DNA from: Felis catus
Lineage: Eukaryota
Reading direction: 5' to 3'
Assembly (NCBI RefSeq): GCF_018350175.1
Contig: NC_058368.1
Span: forward strand, 115,382,001-115,446,000
Length of the DNA stretch: 64,000 nucleotides
Under the pieces are notes generated by a model. It did not search any database. It was not told where the DNA came from and saw only the letters and a program-made list of their open reading frames with translations. Positions within the stretch are counted from its first letter, which is position 1. Each line of letters starts with the position of its first letter. Shown one piece after another: positions 1-13,550 of this stretch. A program made the position numbers and the translations under genes.

Positions 1-34
1 AAAAATACATAAAAACATTTAAAAATAGAAAAAA

Positions 35-243
35 GGGGCACCTGGGTGGCTCAGTCAGTTAAGCATCTGACTTCGGCTCAGGTCATGATCTCGCGGTCTG
101 TGAGTTTGAGCCCCGCGTCTGGCTCTGTGCTGACAGCTCAGAGCCTGGAGCCTGTTTCGGATTCTGTGTCTCCCTCTCTCTGACCCTCCCCCATTCATGC
201 TCTGTCTCTCTCTGTCTCAAAAATAAATAAACGTTAAAAAAAA
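35..243 (+). mobile_element. Full-length SINEC_Fc-type SINE
   Basis: GGGGCACCTGGGTGGCTCAGTC head, (CT)-rich segment and AATAAA-A tail. Confidence 0.95.
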
Positions 244-1110
244 ATTTTTTTTTAATTCAGAAGACAGTAAATCTTTGGAAATCTAAGGTACTTTTTATTC
301 TAAGGTTTTGAAATCTAAAGAGACTATTACAGATACTGCTATGCCATCAGATATTTGCATTTATACCCACATACGCTTATTCTTAAATATATAATTTTAG
401 AAGCTTATGTGTGCTATTTTGCAGCCTTTTTTTTAAATCAAGTATCAAACCCTACCAAGGGATATATGCATCTTTTTAATAACTAATGTTTTATTGTTAC
501 ACCATAATTCATTTGAAGTTTAGAGTGGGAGCTTATTTACAGCTATCCTGGGACTTCATTACTATACTCTCTTCTGATTCCTACTTAGATCTCCATCTCA
601 AGTTAGTATTCATTTTACTAACTAAACCAAATAGGTTTCTGCACTGTATTTGAACTGGACCTCTAATAGTCTCATTGAAGTGTCTGTTCTTATAATTGGC
701 AAAATGTTGATAGTGTCTGCTCTACTCACAGGACTTTGCGTTCATAGACAGATCATCACCACCACTATCCAGACATAACATGAGCATTTTTGCAAATGAG
801 CAGAGGGTCCTTTGAAGGATATCCAGAATATACCAAGGAAGTACTCTGGGCCCGTCAAGCTTCCTCAGCCACAATGGTGAACCCTCACTGTGAGCTGGGA
901 ATAGTATTTGAACTATATTCCCAGTTTTTTTTGTCTTTAAGTAAGCTCTATCCCCAAGATGGGGCTCAAACTCCCAAATCACAGTCAAGAGTCACATGCT
1001 TTTATCTACTGAGGCAGCCAAGTGCCCCAGGAATTGAAATCTTAACCCCTTTGTGTGAGAAAGACAGTGCAAGCCTTTAAATGGTTCAGATTAAAATAAA
1101 CCAGGATTTA

Positions 1111-1240
1111 CTGGAGTCCCTGGGTGGCTCAGTCGGTTAAGCATCCAACTCTTGATTTTGGCTGACGCCAAGATTTCATGTTTTGTGGGTTTGAGCCCCA
1201 CATCGGGCTCTGCGCTAACAGTATGGAGTCTCCTTGGGAT

Positions 1241-1301
<61 letters not shown>

Positions 1302-3080
1302 TTTTCTGCCCCTCCACCACTATCACGCTCTGTCTCTCTCAAACAAACTTTTAAAATAAATGGGAATTTATCAAAGATACTTTTCAATATTACCAGTATA
1401 ATCAAGTAGTTTATACAAAGTCACAAATTCTACTATTTTGTGATTGGCTTCTAAGTGTCTGGTTCAACTACAGATTATATAAACATCTATTTTGGTTTTG
1501 TTCTCCTCACCTGTTCATGCCTCTTCCAGTCTCAGGTTGATAGTTTATCTTTCAGGTTCCTCGGATGAATCATATTCCACAGACCTGTAAAACCGCACCA
1601 TCTCCTTCTTCCCAGAGATGTTTGCCCAGCAAGCAACAAAGCCAAACCTTTCCTCCCAGTTTAGACTATAGCTCTGAAAATGTAGAGCCAAAGACGTTCA
1701 CCCAGGGGCTATGGCAGAACAACTGTGTTCACTTCTTTGGGGCTTTGGATTGACCAAAAACAGAATTTTTTTAAGGTTTATTTATGTTTGAGAGAATATG
1801 AGCAGGGGAGGGGCAGAGAAAGGGGGACAGATGATCCAAAGCAGGCTCCACACTGATGGGAGTGAGCCCGACATGGGGCTCAAACTCACAAACCCTGAGA
1901 TCATGACCTGAGTCAAAATCAGTCGCTCAAGCCACTGAGCCACCCAGGTGCCCCCCACCTTTTTTTTCTTAATCAGATCTTCAATGAGTGAAATGGCCCT
2001 AAACGTGAGTAGCCCTCTTCTAGATTCCTTCCCGTGGAGGGAACTTTTTTTTCTTTTTTTCTTACTTTTAGTAGATACTAAAAGCATGTTGGGTTTTTTT
2101 GTTTGTTTGTTTGTTTTGTTTTGTTTTGTTAAGTAAGCTCTATGCCAACATGGGGCCAAACTCAAGACCCCAGACCCCCAGGATCAAGAGTCAAAACCTC
2201 TACCAACTAAGCTAGCCCAGGCGCCCCTCTGTGCTTTAAAAATTTTTTTTCTTTACATTTATTTATTTTGGAGAGACAGAGTGAGACAGAGCATGAGCAG
2301 GGAGGGACGGAGAGAGGAGACAATCTGAAGCAAGCTCCAGGCTCGGAGCAAGCTTTCCGCACAGAGCCCAACGCGGGGCTCAAACCCACAAACCCACGAA
2401 CCATGAGATCATGACCTGAGCGAAGGTGGACACTTAACCCACTGAGCCACGCAGGCACCCCCGGTTTGTGCTTTTAATATTCAAATTTTACAAAAGTAAA
2501 AAAGTAAATCTCAGTCCCTTATCTTCCTTCCCCAAAGGTAAGAATTACTTTTTGTGCCTAATACAGTGTATACCTATTCAAACATCCAATTTTTTTTACA
2601 CATACTATACACTATACATTGATTAGTATCAGTAAAAATATATATGTTGAGGCTTGCCAATGATGATTGCAAGGATTAATGTATGGAAGGCAGTGCAACC
2701 AGGATAATGGAAGAGGAAACTCTTGGACCTTGAGGTCCCACTCTTCTATATTATCTCTGGACAGAATATTTCCTTCCTTAGCTACAAAGAAGATTTCATA
2801 TATTGCCTGGGGACCATATATACATAATTTGCGACTGTGCGCAAAGATCTAGCTTCAGAGTGTGTGTATGTGTGCCTGAACCTGTCTAAATGCAGGTGCT
2901 TGTAGACGAGTTAGTATCCTTCTGTTAGTTTGTCTTAGCTTATTGTTTCTATATATTTTTTTAAAGTTTATTTATTTCGAGAGAAAGTGGGGTAGGGGCA
3001 CAGAGGAAGGGGGACAGAATCCCAAGCAGGTTCTTCTCAGTCAGTGAGGAGCCCTACCAACTGAGCCACCCAGGCGCCCC
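1111..3080. mobile_element. Cluster of Can-SINEs: 1111-1355 (+), 1775-1955 (-), 2090-2225 (-), 2245-2460 (-), 2955-3080 (-)
   Basis: tRNA-derived heads and (CT)n/A-tails in both orientations. Confidence 0.9.
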
Positions 3081-3279
3081 TGTTGTTTCTGTTTCAGGAT
3101 CTCTGGATGTCATTGGGTGGGTGTCACTGTTAGTGTGACACTGTGTATCACATACATACACCCAACAAATGGGCTGTTGTTATCTAGATTAGATGTTCCT
3201 GTTTCGTGTCAATGTATTGGAGGTAACGTAGTCTGTAAGGTGTATTCTTCAGTCCTCAGCTCCCCCACTCACTGCATGC

Positions 3280-4420
3280 CAACATTCTTGAAAGACGGGT
3301 GTCCGACACAGGCTCGGCCCAGCTCCACTCTCCCAGAAAGAATGCGACACGATTTCCCGACTTCCAGTATACCCGTGTGCCAGGTATGCAGAAGAGGTCG
3401 TTGCGCATGCACAAGTGTGCAGCCTGGAATATGAAGCGAACGTTGGGGTCGCTCGTTCTCTCGCGCGCTCTCTAGTGGCTTCAGACAGCAGCGTTGACAG
3501 AACGAGGGGGCGNNNNNNNNNNNNNNNNNNNNNNNNNNNNNNNNNNNNNNNNNNNNNNNNNNNNNNNNNNNNNNNNNNNNNNNNNNNNNNNNNNNNNNNN
3601 NNNNNNNNNNNNNNNNNNNNNNNNNNNNNNNNNNNNNNNNNNNNNNNNNNNNNNNNNNNNNNNNNNNNNNNNNNNNNNNNNNNNAGGGGTTCCCTCGGGC
3701 GGAGCGGCCGGAAGGGTGCGGCGTCCCCGGCGGTCGAGGGACAGCACCTTGGCGACGGTTGAGGGTCCCCTGGGTTGTTGGCCACCAAGCCTTGTATGGC
3801 TTCCTTACTCCTTGCGTCTTTCAGTCGGATCTGAGGGATGAGCTGGGACCGACTTAGACTCTTTCTTCTTTGAGAAATGGCCGTCGCTTTTTTTCTCATT
3901 GTCATTATTATTTATGATTTGGATCTCGCAGCACTCTATCCGGGTCCTCGGTAGCGCGCGAGGGTTGCCGGGATAGCACTTTCTCGTGGCCCCCCTTCCT
4001 CCCTCCACTTTCTTCACCTCCCCCCGGGTACCCTTTTCCCCTGCCCCCCACTGCCGCTTCGGCAACAAAGCTCATTGTTTCTCCCCAGTTTACGCCTGCG
4101 CGTCGCCACGCGCAGCCCATACTTGCTGCGCGTGCGCGCTCCTCCCGTTGCCGGGGTTGGGGAAGAGAGGGGCGGAGGGACTGGCGGGCTGGCGAGCGTC
4201 CGAGGGGAGCTTTCTACAACCGTCCACTGGCCAGTACCTTTCGGATCCGCTTTCTCCCGTTTCTTCACCTTTCCTTACTCCTTATTGTTATATTGTTTCC
4301 CATGCTCCTGATAGAAGGGCTGGAATCCGTGCTCCGGGAGTATTGGAAACCAGATGAACTTCAACGGCCCGTCTAATCACATTCTTGGATTCCGGTCCTC
4401 CTTTTTAATTTCTCTTCCAC
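3280..4420 (+). promoter_or_regulatory. PAIP2: CpG-island promoter and non-coding exon 1 region of PAIP2; the exon 1 donor probably lies in N-gap 3513-3684
   Basis: Sharp rise in CpG density. NRF1-like TGCGCATGCA at 3402-3411, GCGCGTGCGCGC near 4127-4139, and a GC box GGGGCGGAG near 4169. It lies upstream of the PAIP2 exons on the same strand. Confidence 0.8.
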
Positions 4421-5872
4421 TATACGCTTACCCCCACTGCCACTAAAATTATATGGCTTGCGGTGAAGTTTGTTTTTTCAAAACATTTGTTGAAGCAGCC
4501 GGCAGTGGTATTTTCTGGTGACTCAAAAAGAGGCCTTTTCTGCTTCCTTTTGTTGTCTTGCACTCCCTGATTTTGCAGCCCCATCACCTCATGGAAACCA
4601 CAAACTCTAGAAAGAATTTGGCTTTCAGTTTGCCGTGGGAAAAAGTCTGATAACAGCTGACAGCTTTTGACGTTACAACAGAAGACAAATTCCCATTTTC
4701 GTGCGCTGGCCAATCTTGTAGTCTCGTGGCATGGTTTTTCACAAATTGCAGTTGAGCAGGTGTTGGTTTGCATTTTCAAGTTACGTTTATAAATAAGAAA
4801 AAGGTTTCTGTAAGGATTTAAATAGGATTCCCAGTGTTTGCTGGTTTGTGCTTCTGATTCCAATTTTTGAAAGGATATTTGGGGCAAATTAGCTTGTTTA
4901 TGCTGCTTGTTAATTGTGAACTTGTACAAAACTTAATTCTTTCTCACAAATAAGTGTCTACGATAAATAAAGATAGGTAACTTTACAAAAATTACTGCCT
5001 ATTTATCTCTTTCTTTAAAGGATGGTTGTTAAGCAATGGAAGTAATGTTTAAAGTCCTGGGAGCTTAGAGAGTTTTTTTATAATGTATATTACTGCTTAG
5101 GGTAGATGATCTCTACCCTCTTTGGAACAGAGTAAGTTTGTCGTAGGCTTTTCCTTCAGTAGGCACTGTACACCTTATTGAGGTTTCCCCCTTTCTGACT
5201 GTAGAGAGTGATGCTCCACTTTTAATAGAAAATGTAAACATTTATAAAATGCTGTTAGCATAGCAATTTCATTGATAATGTGGGAGGTGAAAGACGGTAG
5301 AAAATAAGGCTTCAGCCCCCTTTCTTTTGTGATTTTGCATATTTTTGTAATTTACAGACTTTATTATAACCTGTGAAAAAGGCAGAGCAAGTTTTATCTT
5401 GCCCATTTTGAAATTGAGGAAATAGAAGTTTGAGAAATTATTTTATTAGGCACATATTTCCACAGCACTTAGTAATGCCAAGCATTGTTCTAAGTGTTTT
5501 TACAAGTATTTAATCTTCACCCTCCCTAGGTGGTAAGTACAACTGTAAAATAAAGCTAACAAGTGAGAAATGTGAATTAACTTGTCCAGTGTACACAGCT
5601 AGTAAGAGCTGGAATTCAAACCCAAGTAGTCCAGAGATTTTGTGCTCTTAACCATTTTACTGTTTAGTGACATACCCAGGATCTGGTAGGTTGTTAGTGG
5701 CGTATCTTAGTTTCGGACCCAGTGCAAGATTAAAGTTGCCCAGGCTATACCCCTTGTGATCTGGACCAGCCACCCTCTTGCATAGGTACACTAGTAATTT
5801 GCATGTGATACAGCCTAAGTTTCAGTTCCAGTAACAGTCTTTTTGTTGTTGTTCTAGATTTCCTTACTGTTT

Positions 5873-6035
5873 AGAGCAGTGCTGTCCAATAAGTACTAAT
5901 AGCACATGTCTGTTGAGCATTTGAAATGTGGCAAGTGCAGCTAAAGAACTAAATTTTTTATTTTACTGAGTTTGAATTAATTTATTTTTATTTAGCCATA
6001 CATAGCTGTTGGCCCCACCACATTGGATAGTGTGG
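5873..6035. mobile_element. MER3-like hAT MITE
   Basis: GCTGTCCAATA...GAGCATTTGAAATGTGGC...ATTGGATAG with quasi-palindromic ends. Confidence 0.65.
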
Positions 6036-8994
6036 ATATAGAGGTTTGAATTCCTTCTGCTTATTTTTTGTGTCAGTTTTTATAAATAAGGCTGGTGTTT
6101 CTGATGTTCTTTGAGCTTTTATCCAGTAGTGATGATAGGCAGTGCTGACCCATCCTTACTCTCACCAGATCACCTTTGTTACACCTTGTTAAGATTACGA
6201 TTATAGTCCTCCTTCTGTCACATTGTTTCACTCCTACAGGTTTTTGGACATGTGATTTTTTTACCTTACACCTTGCTCTAACAACCTTTAATTGCTATAA
6301 ATGTTTAAGAAGCCCCAAAATAGATAATACTGTTATGTGCTAGGCTCTATGCATAGATACTATTATTATTACCATTTAATAGATGGGAAATCTGAGACGC
6401 AGAAAGGTTAAATAACTTGCCCTTGGGTTCCAGAGCCATTGCTTTTAATCATTATACTGCCAAACATTAAAACAAAAAATTCAAAGCTGCTTACAAGCTT
6501 GAGTGGAAAACAAGCAGAAGCAGAGGTTTCTTTATCCTCTTTCACTGCTGGAGAGACAACTAATTAAAGTAATGTGTGTGTATGCAAATAAGGTTAAGGA
6601 GTCACAATTGTTCAAAATAGAGTCCAATGGAATAAGAAAAGGTGTCTGTGGAGTCAGATTAAGGAAAGAAGAGAGAACTGTATTTGAATTTTAATGTGAA
6701 TACTTTAGAGATGAAACTAGGGAGAAGTTTCTAAAACTTAAAAGATTTCTATAATTTAAAATTTCATAAAGAATATAAAAGATTGGACATTGCTGGAAAC
6801 CATATTTATTTGTTTACTTTAATGTTTATTTCTTTAGAGAGAGAGGGTGACAGCAGGGGAGGAGCTGAGAGAGAAAGGGAGAGAATCCCAAGCAGGCTCC
6901 ACCCTCAGCGCAGAGCTGGATGCAGGGCTTGATCCTACAACCCTGAAATCATGAGCTCATCTGAAATCAAGAGTCAGATGCTTAACCAACTAAGCCACCA
7001 CACGCCCCATTAGCAGGATCTTTGCAAAAGAAAAACTAACACAGTGAAAGCTGGAATATTTGCAGATAATAGAAAAGACAGAAGTCTAAGTCTGTCCCAT
7101 TTAATATTATTTAAATAGAAAAGCAGAAGACATTTTGAGACATGCAACAGCTGAGAAATTAATACTTTTGCATGACCTTTTGAAGAAATATTAAAGATGT
7201 CAAGTTAGGGGAAGATTGTGAATAAAAGAAACAATGATAACAATCTAGTAAAAATATAGACAATAATGTTAATTGTGTTTGGTTTAAAAAATTCTAAAAG
7301 ATCTATACCTAAAGAAAAACCAAACAGTATGGAACTAACACTGCTTAAATTATTTCCACAAAACAAAGGAGATGGAGTGGGAGGAAGGAAATGGGATAAG
7401 TAAAATCATTCTAAAGGTTCTTTCCTTGTCTGGGAGCAGGGATTGGGTTGGAGACCCTGAACAAGGAAAAGCATTCTAAATGTCTTGAATTGTTTGGAGG
7501 TGTATAGAGCATGTTTTTAATGAATAGGAATCTATGTAAATCTATTTTAATTTCACAATAGATGTAAGTCACATTATCATGCTCTACACCTTAAACTTAC
7601 AGTACTGATCTCAATTATATTTCAGACACGGGAGAGAAAACCAACTGAGATTCCTTAGTAGTTTGTAAGTCACAGAAAATAAATCTGATATTTTTTAAAA
7701 TATGAGTTTATTACACTCACTGGTATGCAGAGTTCCTAAAAATAGGAAAATAAACACTACAGGAATACAATATGAGAAACTATAAGAAAAATGTAAAAAT
7801 TATGATGGAAGACATAAAACCAACCATCAGTTATCAAAAATGATAAATCTCTGAGACTGGTTCAAATAGTCTAACTTTTAGAGTATAGGACTTGAATAGA
7901 CCACTTTCAGAATTTAACAGATCAAGTAAAAAAAAAAAAAAAAGACCATTTATGTATCTATATTTAGATTTAGATATAAAGGTAGATATGTAAATACATA
8001 TTTTTTTGTACCTTAGAAATAGAAGTCACACATTTCTCTCTTTAGACCCAAAGGGTTTGCAAAAACCATAGTTGTCTGCAAACAAAACAATAATAAGCCC
8101 CAAAAGTGAAGGTTTTTCTAGCTGCATTTTAAAATGTTTATTTTTGAGAGAGAACACAAGCAGGGGAGGAGCAGAGAGACAGAGGGAGGCACAGAATCTG
8201 AAGCAGACTCCAGGCTCTGAACTGTCAGCACAGAGCCTGATTTGTGGTTTGAACCCACTAACCATGATCTCATGAGCTAAGTCAGACTTAACTGACTGAA
8301 CCACCTAGGTGCTTCACTGGCTACATTTTATAACATAATGAAGTCAAACTAGAAATCAGGGCATCAAAGGATAAACAAAAGAACCATTTGGAAATGTAAA
8401 AATATTCTTCGAAATAATCTCTGGCTCATTATAAATTAAATAATTTGTAAATACCTAAACTTGATGAGAACTAAATTCAAAATACATGGAAAATTTATAG
8501 ATACAAATCATTTATTAAATGGAAGGTTGAAAATAAACACGTTTGTCGACTTAAAAATCAGAGTAACAAATTGGTAGAAATTTAGTGAAGGGAAAATAAA
8601 GTGAAAAAACAAATTGATAAAATAAAAATATGTAGAAAAAATGAATAAAAGTAGGGGCTTTGTTTATTAAAATTGAATTTTTAATAGGTATCCATTCAAA
8701 GTTCAATGGATGAATGTAACAGTGTCTCTCCCCACCCAGTTATCTCTGTAGGCATTGAGTGTTGTTTTTTGACAGTTCTTTTTTTTTCTTCTTTAATGTT
8801 TGTTTATTTTTGAGAGACAGAGACAGAGTGCAAGTGGGGGAGGGGCAGAAAGAGGGAGACAGAATCTGAAACAGGCTCCAGGCTCTGAGTTTTCAGTACA
8901 GAGCCTGACATGGGGCTGGAACTCATGGACTGTGACATCATGCCCTGAGCTGAAGTCGGATGCTTAACCAACTGAGCCACCCAGTCGCCCCTTA

Positions 8995-9790
8995 ACAGTT
9001 CTTACTGAGCTATATAATTCACTGCCTGTAACTCATTTAAAGTATACAGTAGAGTTGTTTTTAGGATATTCAGAGAGTTGTGCATCCATTACCACAATTT
9101 TAGAACATTTTTCTTACCCCAGAAAGAAACCTCATACTCCTTAGGTGTCATACAGTATGTAGTGCTTTGTGACTGGCTTCTTTCACTTAGCATAATGTTT
9201 TCAGTGTTCATCCATGATACAGCACATATCAAGTATTTCATTTCTTTTTATTGTCAAATAATATTCTGTTGTATGGAGATACCACATAGTATTTATCAAA
9301 TGGTGGACCACTGGGTTTTATTCACTTTTTGGCTATTATGAATAATACTGATATGGAAGTTTGTGTACAAGTTTTGTGTAGGGCATATATTTTCATTTCT
9401 CTTGGATGTATACTTAGTATAAATATCGGGTTCCATGTTTAATCTTTTGAGGAACTGCTAGACTTTTTCAAATCAGCTGCATCATTTTAACATGCCCATC
9501 AGCAGTAAACGAAGGTTCCAATTTCTCCACGTTTTCACCAATACTTATTATCTTTTTTATTACAGCCATTCTAGTGTAAAGTGGCATCCCATTGTGATTT
9601 TGATTTGCATTTCCCCCATGATTAATGATTTTGAGTATTTTTTCATGTATTTATTGATATTTGTATGTTCTTTGGAAAACTGTTGTTTGCCCATTTTTAA
9701 ATTGTGTCATTTTTATTGAGTTGTAATAGTTCTTTATATATTCTAAATACAAGTTCCTTATCAGATATGATTTGCTTCTCTGTTTTATAT
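8995..9790 (-). mobile_element. Ancient L1M (L1MB/L1MC-like) 3' fragment
   Basis: Characteristic degenerate text, e.g. GACTGGCTTCTTTCACTTAGCATAATGTTTTC and GAGGAACTGCTAGACTTTTTC. Confidence 0.7.
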
Positions 9791-10599
9791 GTTCTCAGAG
9801 ATTCTGTGCATTTGAAATGCACATATCTTCCTCTTAATACATATATAGGAAGAGTTTATTAGACTCACGGGTATGCACATTGCAAACCTGGAGTTTTTTT
9901 TCTAAGATAAATCTCTAAATGAGGAAAAGGAACATATAATCAAATTATATGTAATGAAACAAGTTAGAATAGTTACATTCTTTGCAATTTTATAACAAAA
10001 TTAAAATTGCGGAGAAAATGAAATTTTAATGAAATGTAAATTACCGTAATTAACCAAAGAGGTAAAAAACCTGAATACACTAATCATAACAAGAAAAACA
10101 AAATTAAAGGTTGTTAAAGATATTTTAAGAGCACTGAGCCCATGTAACTTTAGATTCATGTGTCAGGATCCCATCATTCTTATTATTCAAACTATTCCTG
10201 AATAATAACAATGGAAATATTCTAGTTCATTTATGTTTGTAAGCTGTTTTCTGCCAGGGTCTGGCATTCTAGCAGTTTTCTTTCGGTTTAGTTTTTTGCT
10301 TTTTATTACTGAGAATATGATTTTTCTTGTCACTTTTTTGAAAATAATGTTTTTGTCTTTTAAAAATTCCCTTTGATATTTTGCACTTTGACTCTTGTAT
10401 CTTGGTTTGTAAATATTTATCTTTTTTTTTTTTTTTTTTTAATTTTATTTTTGAGAGAGAGAATCCCAGGCAGGCTCCTCACTACCAGTGCGAAGCCTGA
10501 CACAGGCTCAAACTCACGAACCATGAGATCTTGACCGGAGCCAAAATCAAGAGTCAGATGCTTAACCGACTGAGCCACCCAGGCACCCCTGGCCTCTGT

Positions 10600-12200
10600 G
10601 GTTTCTAATGTGAAATCAACTGTTAATCTTGTTTTGAGGATTCCTTGTACGTAAAGAGACACTTGTATTGCAGATAATCTCTTCTCTTTGTCTTTCAGTA
10701 ATCTGATTATGATGTGTCTTAATTGTGGATCATTTTGAGTTTATACTGCATGGAATTTGTTGAGCTTTTGGATATGTAGAGTAATACATACAGATTTGTT
10801 ATCAAGTGTGAGGAGTTTGGGGTCACTATTTTCTTTTTTTAAAGGTTTTATTTTTAGGGGCACCTGGGTGGCTCAGTCAGTCGTCTGTCTCTTGATTTCA
10901 GCTCAGGTTGTGGTCCCAGGGTCATGGGATCAAGCCCCACGTCAGGCTCTGTGCTGAACATGGAGCCTGCTTGGGATTCTTTCTCTCTCCCTCTGCCCCT
11001 CTTCCCCTGCCCCTCTTCCCCTGCTTATTCTCTCTTAAAAATATATATATATGTATATATTTTTAATCAATCTCTACACTTAATGCAGGTTCAAACCCAC
11101 AACCCTGAGACCAAGAGTCCCAGGCTTCACTGACTGAGCCAGACAGCCATCCCAAGAGGCCGTTATTTCTTAAAATATTTTTTCTGGCCCCTTGTCTTCT
11201 TCTGAGATTCCTATTATTTGTATGATAGTTGCCCACTGGTCTCTAAGGTTCTGTTCATTATTCTTCATTGTTTTACTTCCCTCCCAAAGCTCATTAATCT
11301 CAATTGATTTATCTTTAAATTTGCTGATTTTTTTTCTCCTTGATCAAATCTGTTGTAATCGTTTGGTAAATTTTTCATTTCAGTTATTGTACTTTTCAAC
11401 TCCAGAAATTCCGTTTGGTTTCTTTTTAATAATTTTTCTATATTGATATTCTCTATTTTTTTCATGTTTATTTATTTTGAGAGAGAGCACATGAGCAGGG
11501 GAGGGGCAGAGAGGGACAGAGAGACTCCCAAGCAGGCTCTTGCTCAGTGCAGAGCCCAATGCAGGGCTTGATACCATGGCCGCAGGATCACGACTCAAGG
11601 TGAAATCAAGAGTCAGACATTTAACCAACTGAGCCACCCAGGTGACCCCCCACCTTTATTTAATGTTTGTTTATTTATTTTGAGAGAGACAGCACTAGCA
11701 GGGGACTGGCAGAGAGAGAGGGAGAATCCCAAGCAGATGCTGCACTGTCTTCGCAGAGCCGGATATAGGGCTTGAACCCACAAACTATGAGATCATGACC
11801 TGAGCCAAAACCAACAGACACTTAACTGACTGAGCCATCCCATCACTCCTGATACTCTCTATTTGATGAGACCTCATTATTTTGGTTTCCTTTAGTTATT
11901 TTGTACTTGATGTAAAGTCTTATAAGTCCAATGTCTAGGCTTCCTCAAGGAAGTTTGTTTTTTCCTGTGTATAGGCCATATTTCTTCTTTTCATGGCTCC
12001 TCATTTTTGTTGAAAACTGGACATTAATATTATAATGTAGTGCCATTAAAAATCAGATTCTCTTTTCCGCAGGGTTTTTGTTCTGCTTGTTATTGATCTG
12101 TTTAGTGATTTTTCTGAACTAATTTTATAAAAGTTTGAGTTCTTTTTGTATGTGTATGGCCGTTGAAGCCTTTTAGCTTAGTGGTCAGATAGTTATTTAA
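10600..12200 (-). mobile_element. Ancient L1 ORF1-region fragment interrupted by several SINEs
   Basis: ORF 11265-11465 (minus) reads KRNQTEFLELKSTITEMKN, resembling the L1 ORF1p coiled coil. Confidence 0.65.
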
Positions 12201-13196
12201 AAAGAGATTTTCTGAGGTCCCTGGCTGGCTCTCTCTGTACAGCATGCAACTCTTCATCTTGGAATTGTGAATTCAAGCCCCACGTTGGGTGTAGAGATTG
12301 CTTAAAATAGAATAAAATAAAAATCTTTAAAAGATTTTTCTTTGGGTGCCTGGGTGGCACAGTCGGTTAAGTGTCTGACTGTGGCTCAGGTCATGATCTT
12401 GTGGTTTGTGAGTTCGAGCCCTGCGTCGGGCTCTTTGCTGACAGCTCGGAGCCTGGAGCCTGCTTTGGATTCTGTGTCTCCCTCTTTCTCTCTGCCCCTC
12501 CCCCATTCCCTCCCTCTCTCTCTCTCTCTCTCTCAAAAATAAATAAACATTAAAAAAATTGTTTTTTAAATACAATGTTTCTTAAATACCTATGAACAAA
12601 AAAATTCAGTCTTTGTAGGTAGATTCTTGTTTATGTTGAGCATACCTTCAACACTCAAGCAGTTTACAGCTTTCTTAGCCCTCACTTTATGTGCATATAC
12701 TGAAGGTCAGCCAGAGTATAGGGCCTTCACAGGTCTTTTGTGGGTTTTTTTAATGTTTATTTATTTATTTTGAGAGAGAGAGTACTTGCGGGAGGGGCAG
12801 AGAGAGAGGAGGAGAGAGATAATTCCAAGCAGACTCCATGCTGTCACTACAGAGCCTGACATAGGGCTCTATATCACAAACCATGAGATCATGACCTGAG
12901 CTGAAATCAAGAGTCAGACGCTTAACTGACTGAGCCATCCAGGCACCCCTCAGGTCTTTTCTGAGCATGCTCCCAGCACTGGACTTGCCCAGGGCCTTGG
13001 TTCCCTAGAATATGCAGGAGCTTTTCAAAGCCCTTATGCCCAAAGTATTTACTTCACCCATCTTTCCTCCCATGCTTTTTTCTTGGTGTTTTGTTTGCCA
13101 CATCTCTTCTTCCTTGCCCTAGGTGGCTTTGGCTGCTATATTTGCCTTTAACTGTTTTTAACAAATGCCAATCCGACACTTTAGAATCATAAATTT

Positions 13197-13550
13197 ATAT
13201 ACACAATGGAATACGTGCCAATGAGAAAGAATGAAATATGGCCTTTTGTAGTAACATGGATGGAACTGGAGAGTGTTATGCTAAGTGAAATAAGTCATAC
13301 AGAGAAAGACAGATACCATTTGTTTTCACTCTTATGTGGATCCTGAGAAACTTAACAGAAGACCATGGGGGAGGGAACGGGAGAAAAAAAAGTTAGGGAA
13401 GGAGGCAAACCTTAAGAGACTTAAAGACTGAGAACAAACCGAGGGTTGATGACGGGTGGGTGATGGGTATTGAGGAGGGCACCTGTTGGGATGAGCACTG
13501 GGTGTTGTATGGAAACCAATTTGACAATAAATTTCATATTAAAAAAATAA
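13197..13550 (+). mobile_element. 5'-truncated carnivore/felid L1 3' end
   Basis: Typical L1 3' sequence (ACATGGATGGAACTGGAGAGTGTTATGCTAAGTGAAATAAGTC...GGGATGAGCACTGGGTGTTGTATGGAAACC), an A-tail, and target-site duplication AATCATAAATTT at 13185-13196 and 13551-13562. Confidence 0.9.

Noticed and set aside
1091-2458. ORFs containing ERERER, LSLSLS or WVAQSV-type peptides here and throughout the window
   Set aside because: Translations of Can-SINEs and their (CT)n tracts.
3249-3905. Long ORFs spanning N runs (also at 18362, 19967, 22326 and 23262)
   Set aside because: Artefacts of X-translated gaps.
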